The position numbers and the translations under genes were made by a program. A stretch of 63,365 bases of DNA, the filler included, from Octopus bimaculoides (taxonomy: Eukaryota): the NCBI RefSeq assembly GCF_001194135.2. It is 3 parts of 3 records of this genome, joined end to end, with 100 filler letters (N's around TTAATTAATTAA, not from the genome) between each part and the next. Parts side by side here need not be neighbours in the genome. Positions count along the whole stretch, not along the records: positions 1 to 25,414 come from NC_068984.1; 2 more parts are not named here. One strand, given 5' to 3'. Of the stretch, positions 1 to 12,185 are shown in pieces (within the stretch, counting starts at the first letter, position 1; each line of letters begins with the position of its first letter). The notes beneath the pieces were generated by a model. That model ran no database searches. It saw nothing but the letters and a program-made list of their open reading frames with translations, and was not told where the DNA came from.

Positions 1-3000
1 GGGGAGAGAGGGGGAGAGAGAGAGAAAGATAGATATGCTTGTATGTATATGCATATACAGAGAGAGAGAGAGATACGCGCGCACTCACACACATATATAC
101 ATTCAAAATTTTATAGATTTCCAGTAACATACGCAGTTATATATAGATAAGCTCCAAAACTTCAGTGTACAGACATATAATTATTAGGTGTGCAGTCACT
201 GAAAATTATTTAGATGATCGAATTGTAAAACTAGCGTATTAAATGTAATATTGATATTTTAAGTGTGTGGAACTTGCTCAGGAAATCTACTCTCCAGAGG
301 CGCACAACCCATATAATTTCTCTTGAAATTCTCTCAGATTAAGAAGGATATAGTTTAATTTGCAGAATAAAATATGATTCTTGTATGAGTTTCGAATAAA
401 TACTTACAATGTAAATAGAGCGATATGTATATGAATGTGTGTATATACACATGTATGTTTTTATTATCATTATTTAGTTAGGTGGTTAACTAAGAAGATA
501 AGTAAGTAGGCAGGTAGGTATGCATGTATGTTTGTGCGTGTGTGTGTTTTTTTTTTGCTTGTAATCTTATTATAATATTTTAGTTCTGTTACATAACTAT
601 TATCTTCAAAGGAAATATATGTTGGCAAGTGTTTCCTCTTCTTTTATAAGAATAATTCATATACTTAGGCAGTATTCTATTAATAGAAACAACGCTGTCC
701 TTAAGTATTTACGTGCATGTTAATGGGTGTGCGGATCTGTATATGCATTTGCTTGATAGAATATTCAAAAATAGGACAGATACAAATCAATACACGTGAA
801 CACTTATGATTCGATATTTTATTTCTTCCGTTATATTTTAGAATAGCAATTCGTAATGCTACAACTAACAGAAGCGAAATGCCCGCTACCTGAATTAGGC
901 TCGTAGATATGTTCATAAGAAAATGATGAACTAGACTGAAGAAGAATTTTACGCTGAAGCTATCACACCATACGAAATAAAATTAGATGCTGTTTCGTTT
1001 GTTTAATCCCTTTGATAATAAATTTCCCTTCCCCTCCATTAAAAATCAAAAGATGCTGATGAATAACAAATAGCAGGCCTAACAACACTTCAGAAATGCA
1101 ATTCAGTGATTCAGTTATAATATATCTTGATCACAGCGTAAACAATAAAAATAATAACATTCACTTTATCTACTCAAAATATGAAACCAATGGGGCATTA
1201 CTAAAATGTCATTACACTAAATTGAATTGAATAGTAAGTTAGTTTATTTAGACGTAAACCTAAGGGTGTAAAACTAAATTAACATAATCTAATCTATAAA
1301 GTGTCAGTTGTATAGTGCGGAAAATTATATCAACATCGCTCCGAAGATTGTGACAAGAATGGATTGAGATTATAAAGTTTTCACTTGAATATAATATAAT
1401 TATGGACTGAGGAAGTAGCCATGTAGTCGCTCGATCAGCTTAAAATAGCAACTAAATCTCCCTTAAATCACAACACTTTGCGGAGTGGAAACACTCACTA
1501 AATATATAGTTCTAAATAATCTTTAATATACAGAATGATCACGATTGGAAGGCATACCATGTGATCATTTCTTTACACAGTTAGCATTGATCTGGCCCTC
1601 GTATTTCGAACAGTGTCTCTCGGGCTAACAGATTGAGACTTAATATTTCAGGTCTCTACTCACTCTACATCACTATGTAAATGTTGTTTATAATCCTGAC
1701 AAGCAAAAATATTTACATATATCAAAAATAAACAAACTAGTACTTAACAGATTAGGTTTAATGCCAGTTTTGTTGGCAGTTATTTCAAATCTTGATCGAG
1801 GAAAATTTTATTGAACTCGTTTTATTTAACAAAGAGATAAAAGTAAACATAATATAATATCCATTACCCTATAAATTTTACCCTATGAGTCTATTTGGCT
1901 CTACTTTCTCTATCCTAAAAAGCAGAACATGCACAAAATTAAAAAGTCTTTCATTTATTACAGCTATTTCAGGATGTGACCTTGTCCTCAGAAGGTTTAT
2001 CTAAATAGCTTAAACTGGTTGAATAACTAAATTAACGTAACGATTTCACTCGTCTTGTTTTATTAACTCAGGAAATGAACAACAAAATTAGACCTTACTG
2101 GAATTTTATCTCACAACGCATTGAAAAGCTACTAAACAGGGCAAAGTATTTTGCTTGTGGTTCTGTGTGGGTGTACGCGCACACACATGTGTCTTTATTT
2201 ATTTGATAATAGTCTGACTCAGCTCTACATGACTTCTAGTTTTGTGGGCGCATAAGACACATCGGTCTCATCAAATATTCTGAAGGTCTGGAACAAATTC
2301 AAACTGGCTTTTAGACGTTTAGACCTCTGTGACGCAAACTAGGTTCATGCCGGATTAATGTTGTCAAAGTGAAATCAGCTGTTTACTTTAATTTTAGGCT
2401 CACAAGTTCACACAGGATGTTGGTAGGTGCCACTTTGGCACCAATATAATTAGCAACATCAGATTCTTATATATTGTGCACCGCACACAGTTTGGGAAGT
2501 TGTTGACAAAAGTTGGTTCAGTTATGATATTCTTTTCTGTCCCAGTAATTGTTTACACATTTTTTTTTTTTTTTTTTTTTTTGGTCACATAGTTCATTGG
2601 TAGAGCCAATAAAGAGAGTCATGAGTTGAAAATTTTAGGGAAGAAAATACGGAACTTACTACTGAGGAAGCCCCAAAAAGCAGTAATATGAATTTAACAA
2701 TGACTACCAGCGCTGCTGGAATATTTTCGTCTGCTGCTGATACATTTTTGTGCTTTTGAACACCATATATATATTAGAGCTGCTACTTCCCGACGAATAC
2801 CACAGTTTAACAGGTTTTTAAAGATGTAAGCACTTTAAGTATGATACACAGATTGTCACTTTAAACTCCTACTACTCCTGACACTCATAGCGAATAAATA
2901 TGTATGTATATATATTCGTATGCACGTATGTGTATGTATGTATGTACGTACGTATGCATGCATGTATATATGTGCGTATGTATAATTCATTTTTGGGAAG

Positions 3001-3035
3001 TTGGCTCTTGAAGCAGATAAGCTATAAATAATAGA

Positions 3036-3093
<58 letters not shown>

Positions 3094-3689
3094 TAGAAGT
3101 AATAACAATCATAGGGTTCATCATATGAAGCGATAATCATGGCAATCTGAATGGAAACAGATTCTTCGCAGAACATGTTCACAGAAAGACTTGCTGTATT
3201 AAGTAGGGGCTAATATATTTATAGTAAAATCTATTAATATATGTCATTCCACCTATGTTCAGAAAATAAAAACTCACTGTACTGTACGATTTATATCTGC
3301 AATGTTTGAAAAGTATTCTATGTGTATTGCAAATATAGATATTTGCGTGCATAGAAACTGTAATATATTTTATAGGGACAATTATATCAACTACAGGAAA
3401 TATAAGCAGCGAATGTATATTGAATAGAATTTTCATATTATATATGTGGTTCACCGTAACGACTTTAAATATAATGACATTTACATGAGCATGGGTTGCA
3501 TGCTGCATCATTTATTAACAAAATATACAACTTTTAGTAAGTTAACTTAGATTAGAATCTAGCTTGGCAAGATATGATGTCTTGTAACAAGTGTATGGAA
3601 AATACATGGAAGATAAATTATGCCGAAACGTTTATCAAAAACTACTTTACGTTTATTGCTTATACAAGATTTTACTGCATGATATATAC

Positions 3690-3732
<43 letters not shown>

Positions 3733-6700
3733 AAATGTATATAGCTTTACTATACCGTCGTATATAATCGACTGCTATTTCCAGTAAATATTGGTGCTAA
3801 TGTATTAACAGTCAGTCAATACGTTTCGAAATCTGATGATTAGTATGAACGTATGAAAGCGGTAATTGAACTTTATGAACATTACTAAATATTTTCTAAT
3901 GTTTAACACACTTCAACATTGTAAAAAATTTTTTGAAGATACAATAATAAAAAACGTGAAAACCAGACCATTTTGTAACTTTATTAAACTGATATATTAT
4001 TAATACACATTTCCACAAATTCGGGAAAAAATAAACGTTAAGTAAAATATACAGAATACTTTTCATCTGAACACACTTACAGATATACACAACGTACACA
4101 CAGATGAATATACATACACATATGTGGTGGTGGTGGTGGTGGTGGGGTGAAAAGTATAAGACAGAAATTTAAAATTTAAAAACCCTCCATTTGTCAGTAT
4201 TGCCTTTGTATATTGACAAAATGACACCGCTATTCTGTTTTTTCCAGCACGGAGGGAATAAAATAACTGTCACATATATATATATATANNNNNNNNNNNN
4301 NNNNNNNNNNNNNNNNNNNNNNNNNNNNNNNNNNNNNNNNNNNNNNNNNNNNNNNNNNNNNNNNNNNNNNNNNNNNNNNNNNNNNNNNNNNNNNNNNNNN
4401 NNNNNNNNNNNNNNNNNNNNNNNNNNCCAGACTGGTGTGATGGAAGCGTCAGTATAGTCACTAATAATACGACTCTATAGTAAGTTGTAGGTGTGCGTGT
4501 GTGTATGTGTGAGCGTGTGTATGTGTGTTTTTGTGCGCGTGTGTGTGTCCGTGTGTGTGTATCTTATAATTGCAAATAACAACTTGTACTTAAAAATAGG
4601 CATCTGCAATAGAAGTAATCGTGCTAAGAATAAACTAAATCAATAAGTATGCAATCGTAACAACGGCACCACATTTGCAACAAAAGTTGAAGCAAATGAT
4701 TCTCGTTAGTGTACAGAACTCATTTCTAACCGAGAAATATATTTTGGTGAAAACCTTTAAAGATAATAAACATAAAGTGACAGTGTCTAAGTGCAGATAT
4801 GAGATTAAGTATCTGTTATAACAATCCTCCTGGTAAAACAAAAAGATTAGGCATGCAGCCTTCTATACACGCCTACTACATCAGCTAATCAACAACATGC
4901 AGAAAATAATTTTTCCCTTATGCAGAATCAACCACCTACATTCTGTATGATAAACTAGGGATTTTATATCTAATATTATTCGCTACCATTTGTTTCAAGT
5001 TGAATATTTTAAAATATCCAGCTTAAAATATTCAATAATAACATCGAACTAAAATGACCAATGCAAAGTAATAGAGATACACTGTATCCTGCAGCCACAA
5101 GTGTCTTTATCACTGTTTGTATGAATGTACGCAAGTGAGAAACTAGTAGTATCCAAAGAGTGAGTGAATCATCGACTTTATTCAAATCCATAAATAAACA
5201 GACAATTGCTTAAAGTACTGGCGATGGTATGAATACGTTTCGTGTCCATACTGATTTTCTCCTAGGCTAGTAGGGTCGTAGTAAGAGGTTTTCGAATATA
5301 TTCTACAGGGAAATTGTCGAATGTTCTCTTTCATTCCGCTTCAAGAAAGACTGCTAAACTTATGATCCTATTTAAAATATGGCCTGTAAACAATAGTCTT
5401 TCCTTTCTCCAGAAATATACCCAGTAAAATAGCAAAGTCGAAAATATCAATATCAGTGAAAGAAACGAACCTTCATTCCGCAGAGTTACTACCAACAGGT
5501 TTTAGGTTTTAAATTTGAAGTTTTTAGAATGTATGTTTTTCTTACAACACTTGTGGACCTACGAGACTAATTGTCAGCAAATATACTGTAAGAGAGAGAG
5601 AAAGTGTGTGTGTGCGCGCGCGCGTATGTATTGGTGTATGTGTTGATATGATGTCTCGCACAAAAAAGTGAAGAAACAAAATCGAAACTGAAATCATGTA
5701 TTACAATAAAGTGTTTATTATATACACAATTTTCTATAATTTACGTGATGAAAAAGAGATTTATTAAAACAAAAGGTATGGAGGTATTTAACAGGATAGA
5801 GCAAGTAACTTGAAATTGTGAAGTGTAGAGGTATGATGTCTCCTGTAGAATATTTACATCAGGCAAAGTAAAATATTTTTAACAAGTTGGTGCAAAATCG
5901 CCAGTAAATATTTATGATAGTATATTATAGGTATACAATTTACCAACTCTGGAGAGTTGAAAGGCGGATGAGATTTTGAATAACTATACAAACTATAAGA
6001 TTGAATGAACAGTAGCTTCAGTCAGAAATTGCTTAACTGTTCTGAGGAACAATCTCCATAACATTAAATGAGTTCACCCAGAGGCGTCAATGGATAATCA
6101 TAATATACAAATGATAATACTGATCACAATAGAGATATTTCAAGAAAAGCCAGTTGATTGATTTGTATTTGCGAAGTATATTGTAAGATGCATACTATGG
6201 AAATTGTTTATCAAATATTACGTACAGTATGATTAGTTTTAACCTGAACATCGCCATATTGCATGTTTGTATAATATCTGCATGATGCCTGGTGAGGTTT
6301 AGTGTCACGAGGCAACAACACTAATCTAACAATAATATTTATCAATTCACAGTCTAGTCTCCATTTACTCTAACCTCAAAAAGAAAAAAAAAGAAAAAGG
6401 GAAATAATATTGCTTAAAAGTACTTAGTTGATTGTAAAATTTAAAAAAATTAAATATTTCTGTCTTGCAAACTTGACGCAGTACATAAGCGACTTTAAAA
6501 TGTATGCAGTAATAACAGAATACCTGTCGGGTATATTAAATGAATGAATGCTAACGAAGCTATAGTAATGTAAATAAGTTCATTTAGAAACGGCAGAATC
6601 TCTTATCTTGACAGTCCTAATGAAATTTATTAATGGTTAAGTGCGTACGGATTTATTGAAATGCAAAACATTTCCGAATGGATGGTAATCACTTATATTA

Positions 6701-8740
6701 AAAGAGTAAGAGAAAAGTTCAGGCATCCAAGCAGATACTAGTCATATTTAAAGATGTTGATAATTTCGGCTTTTAGATCGAATCGCATTTGATACTATAG
6801 AAAGAGTTTTATTGTCTATAACCTCAAAGATCTAACGTGGAGTAACGTGATTAGTAATATTAATATCGACGCACTAGTAACGTTACAGTTCGCTTTTAGG
6901 TTTTAATTCAGTAAAAAATCAAGATTATACTTCAAACTTCGAGGTTACAGGGTACAATATTATAATTTCCCATTTTATAATCAATATATTTTCCTATAAA
7001 TAATACATAAACTAGCATTTAAAGAAATATTCTATTTATTTTTCACTCTATTGAAGTCTTCGAAAATTATAGTTAATCCATTACTATAAAATACACCTAT
7101 ACACGCACACATTAACATATACATAGTGCTTACATGCATACATATAGAGATAAAGGTTTTGTGGTAAAGGAAATAAGAAGACTACAATGCTGAACAAATT
7201 AGAAAACTGAAGTTACTCCATTTGGAATCTAGCTTTAAGTATATACCTGTAATTATAAGAGCATTTTGATATTAGTAATTGTCTCAGAACTAGTCTTGAG
7301 AAGGTAGATTTCATAAAACCTGAAATAACACGGTTAATGAGAAAACTAACATATTTCTACAAAGCTATAAATACTCATAAGAGTATACGCAAACATTCAA
7401 TTACTTCTATGCTTCGATACATGCACACACGAGCATATACACATATACATACATTTATACATTCGTATATACATACGTATATACATACGTACATACATAA
7501 AAACACGTACGCATACATATCTAACGTATATACATACTTTCATCCCCATACAGAAGCTCACACAAATAAATACTTATACGAAGCTGTTAATTCACCACTG
7601 ACACTATTCATAATTCTCCTGGTTAGTGGAGGAAAAAAGCTATTTTATCACCTCGATTCGCTTCAACAGGGAAACTTAGAGTAGCGACGAAGTGAATTAT
7701 TAGCTTCATCTAATTAAATATACTCTGCAACATGTGTGGAGTACTCTCCCTCTGTCGTTTATTAAACAAATTGTGTATATGTATATATATATATATATAT
7801 ATNNNNNNNNNNNNNNNNNNNNNNNNNNNNNNNNNNNNNNNNNNNNNNNNNNNNNNNNNNNNNNNNNNNNNNNNNNNNNNNNNNNNNNNNNNNNNNNNNN
7901 NNNNNNNNNNNNNNNNNNNNNNNNNNNNNNNNNNNNNNNNNNNNNNNNNNNNNNNNNNNNNNNNNNNNNNNNNNNNNNNNNNNNNNNNNNNNNNNNNNNN
8001 NNNNNNNNNNNNNNNNNNNNNNNNNNNNNNNNNNNNNNNNNNNNNNNNNNNNNNNNNNNNNNNNNNNNNNNNNNNNNNNNNNNNNNNNNNNNNNNNNNNN
8101 NNNNNNNNNNNNNNNNNNNNNNNNNNNNNNNNNNNNNNNNNNNNNNNNNNNNNNNNNNNNNNNNNNNNNNNNNNNNNNNNNNNNNNNNNTATTACGTTCA
8201 TTAATATGATGCTTTAATGACTTTTGGGGTTTTTTTCATCTTTGATCATCAATTGGTTTCTGTTTCTTCTATTGCTATAACAGTTTGGATCTATCGATTT
8301 TTCTCCGTTTAATTAACGTTAAAACTCAATTTTTCCACTCAAGTGTGATCCTTTATCTCATATGACGATATTAATTATCTCTTCTAAGATAACCCACTGC
8401 TCTGGATAGTTTGCTCGATTTTTATGCATCTTGTACCTCTCTATCCCCAAAGTTATTATTCTAATGTCGCCAAATAGAAGATGACTACAAATTACAATAC
8501 TAATTAATTATAAGGAATTTTCATAAAGCAAGATTGGCAATCTAAGGAAATTATTGCTGGTGGTTGTAGCCTTCACCAGCAAAATTTAATCTAGTATGTT
8601 CGTAGATAAAGATATAACTGATTATAATATAATCAATTAATTTGCAATGAAGTTTGGAAAAACCCTTGTTCTGCAAATTATCTTCGTTGACAGCGAGAAT
8701 TTAAATGTTTTAATATGAAGTTATTGAAATCTCCGCATTT

Positions 8741-8799
<59 letters not shown>

Positions 8800-8843
8800 N
8801 NNNNNNNNNNNNNNNNNNNNNNNNNNNNNNNNNNNNNNNNNNN

Positions 8844-8929
<86 letters not shown>

Positions 8930-10109
8930 CAAATTCCGAAACATTGGATTGTACTTAATCACTACAGAACAATTCTGTGCAATTTCTTTATTCTTTTTTG
9001 TTACCGACGTATTTTTTAAATTTAAATTGTCATTAAGTATATTTTAACCTTTGAAATTGTTTGTATAAAATACGTCGACACGTAAGAAACATTTTTTCTT
9101 TTAAAATGAAATATTTAATTCATTTGCTAAATGAACAGAATCTTCATCCTGTGGAAAAAGCTAATCACATAAAACTTTACGAGCAATTGTAAAATTTGAC
9201 TCGATATTTCGTCGAATATCACACGACAGTACAATCATTACGGTCGAATGAAATGTCCAAAAATTATAGATGTGCCATACATGCATATAGAACGGATCTC
9301 TCTGGATTGTTTTTTTTTCTTTTGATAGGGGTTTGTTGGGTCAGGTGAGAATGTCAACAATATGTTTCAGATATCTTACAAATCAGATTACTATACTGAA
9401 ATACTCTCCTTTAAACAACTGAATGCTAAATAATTTAGCATTAGATCAGCTGCCATTGAGCAAATCCTTTGCCAAAAGCAATTCACCCGTTACAGTCTTC
9501 TCTTTTCTTATACCGTGTTCTACATTGCATAATGCTATCTTCCTTCCTTATAACGGCAGTATTTGTTTTGAATGAGATTATGTGTAACTAACAGTTCGTG
9601 AGTAGAAAGCCTTTGTTGGCTAGCTAAATAAATGGTAGGTTAAGAAGGTTCAGTTCATTGCTTCAAGAAGTAAGGTATTGTGTAATTATTGTGTCCGGTG
9701 AGTCTACACTATTCCATTTAAATTCTTTTATCTGTAAAAATCAAAAATTGACTTGAGGGATGTTCGTACTATAACTGTTTGTCTCCTTGGAAACTGCAAA
9801 GCAATTATGTAGTGCAATATTTGTTATATCGCTGAATAAAAGATTATATAAATCTAAGCCTCAGTCAAGGCGTATTAAAAGCGAGGGAGGTAGATTCCAA
9901 TACTAATCAGCTTATAACAGAGTTATAATGTACTAAAGACTTTTAAATGTGTTCATAGAAAGATTGAAAGTAATGTTAGCACAATTCACGTCTGCAAAAC
10001 GTTACAACTTCTGTAAAACGTTTTGATACTGATAGAACATAAATAATGTGTGCTTCACAAAAAAGAATAACAATTCAATTGTCATTAATTGTGATTGATA
10101 ATTTGCTTG

Positions 10110-10540
10110 CTTGCAACTCTAAGGTATTTTAAGTCTCATTTCTAGCAGTATAGGTGCTACTCGGAACCCTCAGTCACAATTAGTGACGGTAAATTTTTCC
10201 TTTTTGGCGTTATATTGCGTATAGCTACCGTCGTTATTTCATAAATTTCACATTACCATTTGGCTGAATCCGTCATGGATTCATATGGAAAATATATATA
10301 TACTGACAGTCAGGATTTAGCCAAACCATCAGGTGAGCTTATAATAAATATTCAGGCCCTACTAATGAGCTTATAATATTCAGGCCCTGTGAACACATGA
10401 AAATGTGCCTTCTTGCGAATCTAAGTGCCTTAACTCTTATTTCTAGTAACATAGGTGCTAGCCGGCATTCTCAGTCACAATAAGTGACAATTGAATTTTT
10501 CCCTTTTCGATTCATATTGCGTGTAGCTGCCTTCTTTATT
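10110..10540. repeat. Diverged direct duplication: two ~130-bp copies (10110-10238, 10412-10540), ~302 bp apart
   Basis: TTTCTAGCAGTATAGGTGCTA..CTCAGTCACAATTAGTGAC..TATATTGCGTATAGCTACC aligns with TTTCTAGTAACATAGGTGCTA..CTCAGTCACAATAAGTGAC..CATATTGCGTGTAGCTGCC. Confidence 0.8.
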
Positions 10541-10719
10541 AACGGTCGTAACTACTGGAACTTGACTGAGGAAAGACGGCCACGAATAACCCGTCTCTTT
10601 ATTTTTTGCGTCCTTCTAATTATTGTTTCTCTTGTCCGCCTTTGTATCGTCTATTCATCCGAATGTTTTATTGTCCTCTATTGCATTAAAATTTTTTTTC
10701 TCCTTGTTTTTCTCCTTAT

Positions 10720-10846
10720 TTCTTTCTGTTGAAGAGCGTAGCTCGAAACGTTAGAGACTTTCTCTATTCCCGAGCGTAAATAATACAACCTTTTGTTGTT
10801 TACACCACCTGTCCTCGTCTGTTGTTATTTTCGTAAATTCTCCCAT
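10720..10846 (+). mobile_element. Dispersed repeat carrying a hammerhead-like motif (PLE terminal-repeat or retrozyme-like family)
   Basis: Clearly similar to 46217-46346 and 45612-45680 (TAATAC..TGTTGTTTACAC..CCTGTC.TC..); each copy ends next to a microsatellite. Confidence 0.7.
10721..10757 (+). ncRNA. Minimal type I hammerhead ribozyme-like motif (variant core CUGUUGA)
   Basis: TCTTT-CTGTTGA-A-GAGC(GTA)GCTC-GAAAC-GT-T-AGAGA: stem I TCTTT/AGAGA, stem II GAGC/GCTC, loopless palindromic stem III ACGT, GUU cleavage triplet; activity untested. Confidence 0.55.
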
Positions 10847-11540
10847 ATGTATATATGTATATGTATANNNNNNNNNNNNNNNNNNNNNNNNNNNNNNNNN
10901 NNNNNNNNNNNNNNNNNNNNNNNNNNNNNNNNNNNNNNNNNNNNNNNNNNNNNNNNNNNNNNNNNNNNNNNNNNNNNNNNNNNNNNNNNNNNNNNNNNNN
11001 NNNNNNNNNNNNNNNNNNNNNNNNNNNNNNNNNNNNNNNNNNNNNNNNNNNNNNNNNNNNNNNNNNNNNNNNNNNNNNNNNNNNNNNNNNNNNNNNNNNN
11101 NNNNNNNNNNNNNNNNNNNNNNNNNNNNNNNNNNNNNNNNNNNNNNNNNNNNNNNNNNNNNNNNNNNNNNNNNNNNNNNNNNNNNNNNNNNNNNNNNNNN
11201 NNNNNNNNNNNNNNNNNNNNNNNNNNNNNNNNNNNNNNNNNNNNNNNNNNNNNNNNNNNNNNNNNNNNNNNNNNNNNNNNNNNNNNNNNNNNNNNNNNNN
11301 NNNNNNNNNNNNNNNNNNNNNNNNNNNNNNNNNNNNNNNNNNNNNNNNNNNNNNNNNNNNNNNNNNNNNNNNNNNNNNNNNNNNNNNNNNNNNNNNNNNN
11401 NNNNNNNNNNNNNNNNNNNNNNNNNNNNNNNNNNNNNNNNNNNNNNNNNNNNNNNNNNNNNNNNNNNNNNNNNNNNNNNNNNNNNNNNNNNNNNNNNNNN
11501 NNNNNNNNNNNNNNNNNNNNNNNNNNNNNNNNNNNNNNNN

Positions 11541-11602
<62 letters not shown>

Positions 11603-11863
11603 CTGTGCATGTATGGAAATTTGCAAGCACACACATACTCAAACACACACACATATACATATATATATACGAATGTTTCCTTCTGTTTTTAGTTATTTAA
11701 GTTCTTCCTCTGAGGAAGGAACTGGTTTCTACCAAAGATACAAATTTCTATCGTTGGAATGTAGATAACAAAACAATGTCATATTTTACACTTGAGAAAA
11801 TCTTGCATATTTTTACCGTTCCTTTTATATATTGTATTTGTAATGAGTGAGTGAGTGAATTGG

Positions 11864-12185
11864 TTAAATTCTTTTTTCTGAAAACCCTACCATGTCCATA
11901 TTGTCACTTAGGCATTTAATCACAAAATCAAGTGCACCAATTATAAGTGGTATGAATGTGAATCTATAATCTGGATATAAATGCAGAATGTTTCGAAGCA
12001 GTTGTCCGTAGTTATCCTCTTTCTGTTTAATTTTCAAAGAGATTTTCACATCAGGAGGAGAACTGAACTCTATGATGGTATATACTTTGTCTTGTCTGTC
12101 CAAACAACAATATTCGGTTTGTTTTGTTTGCATTTGATAGATGTTTTCCTGGGAATGTTCCACCAGTATTCCTAGTGCTGATGTT
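11864..12185 (-). mobile_element. 3' fragment of an RLE-type non-LTR retrotransposon (restriction-like endonuclease region), frameshifted
   Basis: Minus strand reads EYWWNIPRKTSIKCKQNKPNIVVW, then shifts to YTIIEFSSPPDVKISLKIKQKEDNYGQLLRNILHLYPDYRFTFIPLIIGAL, matching the RLE pattern (K/R)PD..IIE(F/V)S.P.D..K...Y..IPII.GALG. Confidence 0.75.

Noticed and set aside
3339-3488. Hydrophobic + strand frame IYFIGTIISTTGNISS..RIFILYMWF resembling a K2P pore helix or GPCR TM1
   Set aside because: Bounded by stops, lacks the GYG filter, and has no supporting downstream segments
4465-4480. T7-promoter-like TAATACGACTCTATAG near a gap edge
   Set aside because: Lacks 2 nt (AC) of the T7 consensus and no other vector sequence is adjacent; likely chance
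5009-5191. Minus ORF with VIKTLVAAGYSVSLLL, similar to class B GPCR TM1
   Set aside because: No usable splice donor and none of the flanking conserved motifs; AT-rich DNA readily gives hydrophobic ORFs
10566-10600. CTGAGGA followed by an AGACGG/CCGTCT hairpin
   Set aside because: No GAAA or stem III follows, so it is not a hammerhead
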